Source of the DNA: an uncultured Patescibacteria group bacterium
GTDB lineage: Bacteria > Patescibacteriota > Minisyncoccia > Phycocordibacterales > UBA918
Length of the DNA: 64,000 bases
Direction: 5' to 3'
Assembly (NCBI GenBank): GCA_934699595.1
Contig: CAKUWT010000002.1
Location: forward strand, 37,065-101,064
The translations under genes and the position numbers were made by a program. Below, in pieces: positions 7,854 through 16,768 of the stretch (positions within the stretch are counted from its first letter, which is position 1; every line of letters starts with the position of its first letter). The notes beneath the pieces are model-generated. The model had not been told where the DNA came from and did not search any database. It saw nothing but the letters and a program-made list of their open reading frames with translations.

Positions 7854-10268
7854 CTATAAATCATCGACCTCAAGCACAATCTCACCCCCCTTCTCTACTT
7901 GCCCGGCAATAATTTTGTTAGTCGCTGTATCCTCAATTTTTTCTGCAATCAAACGCTGTAAGGCACGTGCCCCAAAACGGTCGTCGTAACTGGCTGCAAT
8001 CAGAGTTTTAATAAACTCAGTACTCACGCGTAGTTTGTAGCCACGATCAGCCATCGACTTTTTAAGTTTATCAACCATTAGGTAAGCGATCTGAAAATAT
8101 TCGTCAGCATTCAAGGGTTCAAAAACCACCACATCGTCAAAGCGATTGATAAGCTCTCGTCGGAAGATACGGTTCTTGATCAGGTTGTCGACAACCGCAC
8201 TTTCAAGTGTGGGTGCGTCCATGCGGGCGGAGGTTGTATGAGCAATTAAATCCGCGGCCGCATTACTGGTTGCGATGATAATGGTGGTACGCAAATTGAC
8301 CCGCTCTCCGCGACCATCGGTGAAAAATCCCTCGTCAAGCATTTGTAGAAATAGATCATGGACGGACTGAGTAGCTTTTTCGAATTCATCAAACAGTAAA
8401 ACAGCATAAGGTTGCTGGCGAATTTTATCGGCCAAAGCTCCCGTCGCCCCTTTTTCACCAATCAGCTTTGCTAAACCGTCTGCCTGACTGTACTCCGACA
8501 TATCAAAACGAATCATGGCATTTTGATCTTTGAACAACACTCGCGATAGTGATTTGGCCGTTTCGGTTTTCCCTACCCCAGTTGGTCCCAGGAATAAGAA
8601 AGAGCCAATCGGTCGTTCAGTTTGACTCATTTGTAGACGAGCTCGGCGCAAGGCACGCGCGATACTGTTAATAGCGGCATCCTGCCCAATCACCTGGCAG
8701 TGCAGCTCGTCTTCCAGACCGAGCAATTGATCGCGTTCAGTATCGTCAATCGGTCCCATCGGTATGCCAGTTTTTTCACTAATATATGTATAGACAAAAT
8801 CTTCCTGCACCAAGTTAGTTTTTTGGCTCCTGACCACGCCGCTGATTTCAGCAAGAAAATCCAAAGCTCGGTCACTGAGGGTTTCCTGTTGTAGGCTGCG
8901 CTTACTTCCGGCCAGAATAGCCTCAAGAGCTGGGTAGGTAAAATAAACTCCCTGATAAGAAAGGTTCCTTGCGGCAGCTTCTAAAAGAGCAAGAACTTTT
9001 TCATCGCTGAGTTCCTCCACCAGGATTTGCTCAAAGCGCCGCACTACTCCACCGAGTGGGGAAATATGTCGATGGAAATTAGCGGGGGTGTCGGTGGCAA
9101 TAATATGTAAACCAGTCATGGCCAAATAATCATCAATCACAATTGGCAAACTCACTTGGTAACGAGCTGTCAAAGCCATCATGTCACTGAAGTTTTCAAT
9201 GATTATGGTGAGATTACCAGCTTCAGCCACCTGATCGAGAATGTCGTGAAAAGCAGCCTCGAGGTCAATCTGGTTTGGATAAGTTAGCACCAGCTTCTCT
9301 ATATCCAGAGGGATTAAGTGTTGTCCCGACAGAGCGTTGAGTGCACGTCCGGAACGAAGTCGCTGTTCAACCGCTAGCAAAATATCCATTTTACCTACCC
9401 CTTCATTACCTATGAGGAGGACATTACTGGCACGGCTATTAGCTAGGGCAACTTCAATTTTTTCAATCTCTGGCAAAAATTGCTTTTCAGCGGAAACTAA
9501 ATTAGCAAATGTGGCGTTAGCACGGAGAGGCTTAGAAAATTCTTCTAAGGCATAGGAATAACCGTAAACCAGTTCTCTTCCTAGGCCGCCGTGTCGTGAT
9601 AAATTATCTCGACTCCACCACCGTTCTCGCCGTAGCGATTCCTGGTGACCGCTGACCAACCAGCGAGCAGTTTTTAGAAAAGTAGCGGGAGTGACGCCTT
9701 CAGATTGAATAAAGTCACTAAAGCCAGTATCTTGCTTAAGGATAGTTTCAGCCAGGCTCCTTAGGGTGAAAGTTTTGGTGGGTAAAGGGATTTCAGTAGT
9801 TTGTAGACGGCGTCGTTCTGGCTGGTTTACCCAACTGTCAACCTTATCCAGATCAAGACCAGCTTGCCAAGCGATGCGTCTGCCCCAGAGAGATTCTAAA
9901 AATTGTCGAGTGAGGTCTCCTTGGTCGGGAATAAGAGTGTCGGCCACTGCAAAAGTAATCCCAGCCTGTGCTTTGTTGTGACTGGCAATAACTGAGTCTA
10001 GACCCCGAAAGTAGAAGCTGTTGCTGTAGGTGTAAACTAAGATTTGCTCTAACCATAAAGCGAAGAGGATCAGATTCAGTCCTAACCAGCGGGGATGATA
10101 CCAATCTGGATATATGGTTAGAGAAAGAATGAGGAAGATCAGTGAGAGGCAAAGTAGGTATAGCAAGGTTAGCCGCAGGCGACGTAGAAATGACCGTGTC
10201 GCTAAACGGTTTAGGATTACGAACGTGCGAAATTGGTTTAGAGTAGAGGTTAAATTTTTCTGATACAT
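7854..10268 (-). CDS. Clp/Hsp100-family AAA+ ATPase (ClpB/ClpC-like) with an N-terminal transmembrane region
   Basis: 804 aa with two AAA+ modules. NBD2 has a canonical Walker A (GPTGVGKT) and Walker B (LLFDEFE). NBD1 has GNEGVGKM and IIIENF. The N-terminal roughly 90 aa are strongly hydrophobic. Confidence 0.85.
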   Translation of the reverse strand: MYQKNLTSTLNQFRTFVILNRLATRSFLRRLRLTLLYLLCLSLIFLILSLTIYPDWYHPRWLGLNLILFALWLEQILVYTYSNSFYFRGLDSVIASHNKAQAGITFAVADTLIPDQGDLTRQFLESLWGRRIAWQAGLDLDKVDSWVNQPERRRLQTTEIPLPTKTFTLRSLAETILKQDTGFSDFIQSEGVTPATFLKTARWLVSGHQESLRRERWWSRDNLSRHGGLGRELVYGYSYALEEFSKPLRANATFANLVSAEKQFLPEIEKIEVALANSRASNVLLIGNEGVGKMDILLAVEQRLRSGRALNALSGQHLIPLDIEKLVLTYPNQIDLEAAFHDILDQVAEAGNLTIIIENFSDMMALTARYQVSLPIVIDDYLAMTGLHIIATDTPANFHRHISPLGGVVRRFEQILVEELSDEKVLALLEAAARNLSYQGVYFTYPALEAILAGSKRSLQQETLSDRALDFLAEISGVVRSQKTNLVQEDFVYTYISEKTGIPMGPIDDTERDQLLGLEDELHCQVIGQDAAINSIARALRRARLQMSQTERPIGSFLFLGPTGVGKTETAKSLSRVLFKDQNAMIRFDMSEYSQADGLAKLIGEKGATGALADKIRQQPYAVLLFDEFEKATQSVHDLFLQMLDEGFFTDGRGERVNLRTTIIIATSNAAADLIAHTTSARMDAPTLESAVVDNLIKNRIFRRELINRFDDVVVFEPLNADEYFQIAYLMVDKLKKSMADRGYKLRVSTEFIKTLIAASYDDRFGARALQRLIAEKIEDTATNKIIAGQVEKGGEIVLEVDDL

Positions 10269-10281
10269 ATATATGTATAAA

Positions 10282-10677
10282 TTAAAACATTAGCCAAAGT
10301 CCGTAAACTAAACAAAAGACAATCAGGGCTGGGGCAGCTAACCAGACAATATAAAAGCAGACACTCAAGATGGTGTAGAGCGTGAGCCCGACTAGTCCAG
10401 TAGTTAACACTGTGAGGCGAATAATCAGACCGAGTAATCTGCTGAGGGTATTAATTATTAGGCGTGTAAGGAATTCCTCTAAATTAAAACCGCGCGCTCT
10501 TGGCTCTGTCATCCGCTTGAAGGGGGCAAGTAAGGAGGCAGGCAGTTCTTTGATGGAAAAAAACTGTACGATAAACCACCAAAAATTACGAAAAACACGT
10601 AAATAAGAAGTGAGAGCTTCACTATAATGCCAACGCAAATAATCGTTAAGAAAGCCAAAAAATAACATAAGTGTCAT
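10282..10677 (-). CDS. Hypothetical integral membrane protein immediately upstream of the Clp-like ATPase
   Basis: 131 aa with several hydrophobic helices, separated by a 14-nt gap from the same-strand downstream gene. Confidence 0.45.
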   Translation of the reverse strand: MTLMLFFGFLNDYLRWHYSEALTSYLRVFRNFWWFIVQFFSIKELPASLLAPFKRMTEPRARGFNLEEFLTRLIINTLSRLLGLIIRLTVLTTGLVGLTLYTILSVCFYIVWLAAPALIVFCLVYGLWLMF

Positions 10678-10770
10678 TAATCCTATTGGTATTATAACCT
10701 AAACTAAATCTGGAGACCGGACTTGTCTGCAGGTAGTGATAAAAGTCTTTTGAGTAGTAGAGGCAAAACA

Positions 10771-10798
10771 AAAACTCCTGGCGTTTACCAGGAGTTTT
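10771..10798 (-). terminator. Rho-independent terminator of cspA
   Basis: AAAACTCCTGG-CGTTTA-CCAGGAGTTTT with flanking T-run. Confidence 0.6.
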
Positions 10799-10821
10799 TG
10801 TTAAGAAGTTACTTGTGCTAC

Positions 10822-11022
10822 CTAAGCACGAGCGACATTGGTGGCGGCAGGACCTTTTGGGCCTTCCTCAATGTCGAAAGAGACAGCATCCCCCTCGTTA
10901 AGGTCGTCGTAAGCAACGTCAACCACTGATTGGGCATGGAAGAAAACATCCTTGCTACCATCGTCAGGAGTGATAAAGCCGTAGCCGTTATCTTTTTTCA
11001 TGCGGGCAATTTTACCAGTCAT
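10822..11022 (-). CDS. cspA: Cold-shock protein (CspA family)
   Basis: 66 aa with KDNGYGFITPDDGSKDVFFH, characteristic of the cold-shock domain. Confidence 0.9.
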   Translation of the reverse strand: MTGKIARMKKDNGYGFITPDDGSKDVFFHAQSVVDVAYDDLNEGDAVSFDIEEGPKGPAATNVARA

Positions 11023-11205
11023 AATTAATTATTTATTTTTATCTATTAAAACAAAACTTCATCTCCTTAGGTGGTTCTTACATCCTTCCGAGTGAGCGTG
11101 GTTTCGCTGCTGCTATTAAAGCATATTTATAAGCAAAAACAAGTACTCGTGCTTACAAATACTGACTTTTGATGAAAGTTACAAAATAGCTTATATTAAG
11201 AAGTA

Positions 11206-11997
11206 ATGAAAATTTATTCTTGGAATGTGAACGGCATTCGCTCAGTGTACAGTAAAGGGCTGCTACAAAGCTTTATTAAGGAACACAATCCCGATATTCT
11301 TTGCTTACAAGAAACCAAAGCACAGCCAGAGCAGGTAGATTTTGTACTACCTGATTATAAGGAGTATTGGTGTTCAGCCACAAGGAAGGGCTACTCCGGT
11401 ACCGCTATTTATACCAAGGTTGCTCCGCGGCAGGTGTTATGCGGTTTTTCTAATGCGGTACAAAAGAAGCATCAGGTTGTTGATATTTACGGAGACGCTG
11501 CCACTGAAGGTCGGGTAACCACATTAGAGTTTGAGGATTACTACGTGGTCTCGGTCTATGTACCAAATGCTAAAGATGACCTGAGCCGTATCCCTCTCCG
11601 TGTACAGTGGGATGCTGCCCTGTTAGATTATTTGTTGGAATTGGAAAAAACCAAGCCCGTCCTTTGTGGTGGTGATTTTAACGTCGCTCATCAGGAGATT
11701 GACCTGGCTAGGCCAAAGCCGAATAGAGGCAAGAAGGGCTTCACTGATGAGGAGAGACAGGGTTTTACTAACTTCATTGAGAATGGTTTTTTTGATGCTT
11801 GGCGTACTTTGCATCCAGAGCAGACTGACGTCTACACCTGGTGGTCCCATTACGCCCAATCAAGAGCCCGGAATGTCGGTTGGCGGATAGACTATTGGTT
11901 AGTTTCCAACAAATTAAAGAAACAATTACTGCAAGCTGAAGTTCACGCCACTGTTATGGGTAGTGACCACTGCCCGGTTTCAATCACTCTTAAATGA
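11206..11997 (+). CDS. xth: Exodeoxyribonuclease III (AP endonuclease)
   Basis: 263 aa beginning MKIYSWNVNGIRS with the ExoIII/EEP-fold motifs. Confidence 0.9.
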   Translation: MKIYSWNVNGIRSVYSKGLLQSFIKEHNPDILCLQETKAQPEQVDFVLPDYKEYWCSATRKGYSGTAIYTKVAPRQVLCGFSNAVQKKHQVVDIYGDAATEGRVTTLEFEDYYVVSVYVPNAKDDLSRIPLRVQWDAALLDYLLELEKTKPVLCGGDFNVAHQEIDLARPKPNRGKKGFTDEERQGFTNFIENGFFDAWRTLHPEQTDVYTWWSHYAQSRARNVGWRIDYWLVSNKLKKQLLQAEVHATVMGSDHCPVSITLK

Positions 11998-12765
11998 ATA
12001 TAATTAAAGAGTTGAGAATTAGCCTTTGTTTACAAAGCAAAATTAAGTAACGGGTAAAGTGAACAGGTCTTGTCCTTTATAAAAGACAGAGTTTGCTCAC
12101 TTATCCCCACTTATACACATACTGTCCTTTACACTAACCTATAAAAGACATAATATACATGTAGGCCCAAAGAGGGCGCGCAGGAACTTTTCCTCGAGTT
12201 CTCCACAGAATCTTTCTGTTGAGAGTTCGGGGCTAAGCTCCCCGTAAAGAGTCCTTTATAAAAATAATAAGAGTTTTATCTCCAAAAATAACTCTAAAGT
12301 TCATAAGTAAAGAACAAACCCACCTTAATATAAGAAATCTGCTTACTAGTTCTCTAAAGACTAATAAGTGCAGTGATGTACGAGGTAGTGCTTGATAGAA
12401 TACGTAAGTAATCTTGATTTCTTCTCAAAGAGAGCAAAAAAAGGTTAACCACATTGTAATAGTGGATACCAATAGAGGAAAAACCTCCAATAATAAAGCT
12501 CTAAATCAAAAGGCCTGCGGGAGTTGCTAGTTAATGACAGTTTGACTACCAACTTCCCCAGGCCTTTTTCTATGGTTGAACATGGATCGTTTTAAATCTA
12601 ATCTGCAGATAAAATATCGCTGGTAACACCTTAGGGTGCTATCGATATTACGGACAGTTAGTTACGAGTAATTAGCTGAAACTGGATGAGGTCTAATATT
12701 TCTCTTATTTGGAGCAAAAAAGACATGATGAAAGGCCGGGACTATAAAACGGCTGTTTATTAAAG

Positions 12766-14235
12766 CTAAGTCACCTTGTGATTTCGAGCAATCGCTTGCA
12801 GGGCTTTAGCTTCCTCGTCAGCTAACAGCTTTTTGCCAGCAGCGGCAAGCTCTTCCAGCTCATCATCAGGGAGTAAGACTAACTCTTGCACCCGTTTCTC
12901 CAGATAATCGGCGGTATTCTTCTGTGGATCACTCAAGACTTCTTCCAAAAGGCTGTTTAATAATAAACCAAGCTTTTTACCAGGTTTTTCGTTGGTAACA
13001 CTCATGATTTTGCTGCCATCAATTTTCAATAAAGCGACAGAAATAGGGTCTCGGCGGGCTTCATCCACCATCGCTTGGTATTTTCGTAAGCGAAATGGCA
13101 GCGCTTTCGGTCTACCGGTGCCGATACGGTCACAAATACGCAGTTTTAACAAGTCGTCGATGTTCTCCTCCCCTACCCGCACAATCGTACGACGCACTGC
13201 CGCCAAGGTAATTTCATCTGGATCTGAGAAAAACATATGCCAGCGCACCAAAGTCACTACTTTGTCACTAATTTCTTTAGGAATACGCAATGAAGCCAAG
13301 ATTTCCTTAGTCATCTTCGCCCCCACTACTTCGTGACCGAAGAAGGTGTAGTGTTTGTTTTTACCTCCCGTACGTCTGGTGGCCGGTTTACCAATGTCGT
13401 GGAATAGAGCGGCTAATTTGAGGGTGTAACTGTAGTTCTTGTCACTGGCGGCCTGCAGTGAGCGTAACAAGTGCTCATAAACATCGTATTTATGCACCCC
13501 GCCCTGCTCACAGCCGATAGTGGGCAGTAATTCTGGTACCACGTACTGCAGAAGACCAAATTTTTCCAATAGAATAATGCCATACATTGGTTTATCAGAA
13601 GCGATAATCTTAGAAAACTCACTACCGATCCGTTCTCGGGAGATTTGCTTAAGCTTAGCTGCTTGGTCGCAAATGCCGGCAATGGTGTCTGGCTCTATTA
13701 GGAAATCTAGTTGAGCTGCCAACCGTACCGCGCGGAGCATGCGGAGCGCGTCTTCAGCGAAACGTTCCCCAGGGTCACGAACAGCTCGTAAACGTCCCTC
13801 TCGTAGATCTCGCAGACCATTAAAGGGGTCAATAATCTGTAAATCAGTTACTCGAATAGCGATAGCGTTAACGGTAAAGTCACGCCTAGCCAAGTCTTCC
13901 TCTAAAGAGACCCCAAAAACAACAGAATCCGGCCGTCTGGCGTCACTGTAAGTGCCTTCTGCTCGATAGGGAGTTATTTCAATCACTTGGAGAGTGGGGT
14001 CTGGGTCCTCAGTTTTTACACCAACAGTACCGTAGTCGTTATTGCAAAAACTATCTGGAAAAATTGTCTGAATTTGCTCAGGAGTGGCGTTGGTGGTTAA
14101 ATCCCAGTCGTTTGGTTGGCGTTTGGTCAATAAATCGCGCACACAACCACCAATTAGGTAGGCGGTAAAACCAGCTTTTTCTAAATCATCGGCTAGGCTA
14201 TGAATGATCGCCGGGATATTTGTTTGAGAAACCAT
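12766..14235 (-). CDS. cca: CCA-adding tRNA nucleotidyltransferase, polymerase-beta head plus HD domain
   Basis: 489 aa with GGCVRDLLL..DWDL at the N-terminus and an HD motif (LFHDIGKP). Confidence 0.85.
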   Translation of the reverse strand: MVSQTNIPAIIHSLADDLEKAGFTAYLIGGCVRDLLTKRQPNDWDLTTNATPEQIQTIFPDSFCNNDYGTVGVKTEDPDPTLQVIEITPYRAEGTYSDARRPDSVVFGVSLEEDLARRDFTVNAIAIRVTDLQIIDPFNGLRDLREGRLRAVRDPGERFAEDALRMLRAVRLAAQLDFLIEPDTIAGICDQAAKLKQISRERIGSEFSKIIASDKPMYGIILLEKFGLLQYVVPELLPTIGCEQGGVHKYDVYEHLLRSLQAASDKNYSYTLKLAALFHDIGKPATRRTGGKNKHYTFFGHEVVGAKMTKEILASLRIPKEISDKVVTLVRWHMFFSDPDEITLAAVRRTIVRVGEENIDDLLKLRICDRIGTGRPKALPFRLRKYQAMVDEARRDPISVALLKIDGSKIMSVTNEKPGKKLGLLLNSLLEEVLSDPQKNTADYLEKRVQELVLLPDDELEELAAAGKKLLADEEAKALQAIARNHKVT

Positions 14236-14316
14236 AATCGACGATATTATAACAAATATTATTGCTTTTTCCCTATTTTAGACGTATGATGGCTGACGAA
14301 AGCGAATACGCTAACT

Positions 14317-14388
14317 GCACCCATGGTGAAATGGATATCACAACTGACTTCGGATCAGTCGTTCTGGGTTCGAGTCCTGGTGGGTGCA
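14317..14388 (+). tRNA. tRNA-Arg(TCG)
   Basis: Folded by hand. The acceptor is GCACCCA/TGGGTGC, the D stem GTGA/TCAC, and the anticodon stem ACTGA/TCAGT with loop CTTCGGA. The T arm is CTGGG-TTCGAGT-CCTGG. No CCA is encoded. Confidence 0.75.
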
Positions 14389-14440
14389 CAATCGTTACTT
14401 AATTTTATTACGTAACAAAACTTCCTAGAGATAATAAAAC

Positions 14441-14635
14441 ATTATTTGGGCAGAAACAGTGTAAAGACACTGTTTCTGAGACTAGTACCACCAGGGCATT
14501 TCTATTTTTATAGTCGGACTATCGTCCTTCTTAAAAATAAGTCAAGCCCGATTGAGATATTTCTAAGGCGACAGCCGAAAGAAATATCCAATTGGGGTAC
14601 TGAACCTGTAAGGTTCGAGTCCTGGTTGGGGTAAA
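14441..14635 (+). repeat. tRNA-associated modular repeat element, copy A, ending in a degenerate copy of the tRNA-Arg 3' half
   Basis: tttgggCAGAAACAGTG-taaaga-CACTGTTTCTG hairpin at 14451-14478. A GATATTT...AAATATC stem-loop at 14556-14588. The end is GGTTCGAGTCCTGGTTGGGG, compared with the tRNA's GGTTCGAGTCCTGGTGGGTGC. Confidence 0.6.
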
Positions 14636-14771
14636 AGCCATTTACCTGGTTCGACTATGGAGGAAGGTCACTTAGTAGATTTGAAATCTCTCAGACGAAC
14701 AAAATATCCACTAGAATGACCGAAGTGGGTGGCTGTGTCCAATTTTTAAAAAATCACTATACTAAAGTATT

Positions 14772-15146
14772 ATGAAACTATACATTATTCCTGGTTTAGG
14801 TGAAAGCCTTGATGATTATCAATGGTTGGTTCTGTCGGGTGAACAACGTGGTTACGAGGTCGAGTTTCTTCCTTGGCAATTACCGGGGAACCTTTTGACC
14901 GAAATTATCAACCGTCCTCTGGTGCCTGGCTCAACAGTTTTTGGCTTCTCCGTCGGGGCTTTGATAGCCTATAAGCTAACAACACCGATGTAAAAAGGTA
15001 TCTATGCATCAATGTCGGAGATCCTTGAGGGCGATATTGAGCCAGTTTTAGATGAGGCGGTAAAGATCTTTGAATTTAAAACAGTTCAAGACTTTCGCTA
15101 CTTAACATATGGTGTACCAAAAGCGACTGAGTGGGTGCAGTTTTAA
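14772..15146 (+). pseudogene. Decayed alpha/beta serine hydrolase paralog of 18726..19334, interrupted by an in-frame TAA
   Basis: The 73-aa ORF has a GFSVGA nucleophile elbow and ends at the TAA at 14991. The same frame continues with ...FEFKTVQDFRYLTY, resembling the C-terminus of the intact hydrolase (KLVTFQDRNHFLL). The total is still too short for the fold. Confidence 0.4.
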
Positions 15147-15400
15147 GGTGAATTAGAACCTAGTTCCCGAGTGCATCAATTAGGGTCAGTACAGATAGTT
15201 CCCCAAACTGGTCACGAGCTAACTCCCGCTTATCAGGAATTGATACTTAGCGAGCTCTAGCTCTAAAGCTGGTATCAGAACCTCTTCTTATTAACAACCT
15301 GCTACTCTTCCCCTCACCCAGAGCTGCCTAATACCCCTCCCCAAAAAATGAACACTGGTGACTATCTTTGTAATAAAGATATTGTTATACTAAGTTACGA

Positions 15401-16090
15401 ATGACCGTAAAAAAACCCTATAAACAAAAGCTATATCAGGAAGCGCTTACTTTGAGGCAGCGTGGCTTTACCTATACTCAGATTGCAGAAATCTGTGGTA
15501 TTTCACGTGGAACCGTCAGTAATTGGCTAAAAGACCACTCTTTTTCCCAGCGAGTAGCTTTAGATAATCAAAAAAGAGCTGTCAGGCAGAATAAGGAGCG
15601 TCTAAAACTAGTTAACAAAACTAGAGCTAATGAACGCCAACGACAGCTGGCTGAAATGGTTCGTCACGCCACTGTGGAGTTTAAGAATTATCAGTCCTCT
15701 CCCCTGTTTATGAGCGCTTTAGCGCTTTATGCCGGTCACGCTGATCATAAAGCAACTAATCAGGTGCGCTTTAGTAGCAATCAAGTCGAGCTTCATTTAA
15801 TCTTTAAACGGTTCCTGCTCAAATACGCTGGCGTTACCAACGAACGTTTACGTCTCGCTCTGCAAATACCAGAAACAGCTAACCAAGAACGGTGCCGAAA
15901 ATATTGGGCGCAGAAACTAGGACTAAAAGCTAATCAGTTCTACAAAATCCAGCTTATCCCTAGGGGTCACACCAGTAGACCGTTGCATTTTGGGACCGGA
16001 AACACTATAATCAATGATACTTTACTTCAAGCTAAGTTGCAGACCTGGGCAAAGCTCACTTTGCAGCAGCTGAGTAAAAAGAGTTCTTGA
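15401..16090 (+). CDS. Hypothetical protein with an N-terminal helix-turn-helix domain
   Basis: 229 aa. LRQRGFTYTQIAEICGISRGTVSNWLK resembles resolvase/terminase-small-subunit-type HTH. The C-terminal half is unassigned, with only a weak LAGLIDADG-like stretch (LYAGHADH). Confidence 0.45.
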   Translation: MTVKKPYKQKLYQEALTLRQRGFTYTQIAEICGISRGTVSNWLKDHSFSQRVALDNQKRAVRQNKERLKLVNKTRANERQRQLAEMVRHATVEFKNYQSSPLFMSALALYAGHADHKATNQVRFSSNQVELHLIFKRFLLKYAGVTNERLRLALQIPETANQERCRKYWAQKLGLKANQFYKIQLIPRGHTSRPLHFGTGNTIINDTLLQAKLQTWAKLTLQQLSKKSS

Positions 16091-16106
16091 TTAAGTTCAA
16101 TACATT

Positions 16107-16180
16107 GCGGCCATGGTTAAGTGGTATAACATGTCGTTGCCAACGATAAGTCGAGAGTTCGATTCTCTCTGGCCGCACCA
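16107..16180 (+). tRNA. tRNA-Gly(GCC) with genomically encoded CCA
   Basis: Hand fold. The acceptor is GCGGCCA/TGGCCGC, the D stem GTTA/TAAC, the anticodon loop TTGCCAA, and the T arm GAGAG-TTCGATT-CTCTC. The discriminator A is followed by CCA. Confidence 0.85.
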
Positions 16181-16231
16181 AAAGTGACCTAATCTTATTA
16201 CGTTAGGTATTCTCTATATTAAACAAACTTT

Positions 16232-16368
16232 ATTTGGGCAGAAACAGTCCGGGGGACTGTTTCTGAGAATCGAAGGGTTAGTCAGATATTTTAAGGTCTG
16301 ATAGGTGAACTAAAATATCGATAACCAGCACTGAACCCGTAGAGTCCGATTCCCTCTAGTCGCACCAA
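16232..16368 (+). repeat. tRNA-associated modular repeat element, copy B, ending in a degenerate copy of the tRNA-Gly(GCC) 3' half
   Basis: tttgggCAGAAACAGTC-cggggg-GACTGTTTCTG hairpin at 16239-16265. The 9-bp stem GATATTTTA...TAAAATATC covaries with copy A. The end is GAGTCCGATTCCCTCTAGTCGCACCA, compared with the tRNA's GAGTTCGATTCTCTCTGGCCGCACCA. Confidence 0.6.
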
Positions 16369-16768
16369 AGGGTAGTGTAATCCTGTTATAGTACACACTG
16401 TCTATTTATTGAAACTGGATGAATCTGTTGATCAAGGTCAGCCCCCACGTCGCTTACAGAGTATTAGTCATTAAATAGACAGGGTCCTCATAAACTCAGT
16501 ATTTGGACCCAGATCAGACCTATAGGCCTATAAGGGAAAAAGATAATAGACAAAAGTCGCCTCTGGGGACAAACCTGTGTATTTGTGGATAAGAGACAAT
16601 CGTCTTTTATGGATTATCTTATTTAGAGCCATATATTAAAAGACATAGTCAAAATATGGTCTTATTTAATGTTTCACGTGAAACAAGTTACACGAGAAAC
16701 AGTCTTTAGCTAGAACGATAACCAAGTATCATTTTAATTAGACCAGGCTGTGTGTTAAACTAGCCTCA

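Noticed and set aside
14446-14634. 62-aa ORF over repeat element A; similarly 18243..18428
   Set aside because: They overlie the hairpin and tRNA-like repeat modules, which occur in both orientations, and they have no SD, so they are very unlikely to be coding.
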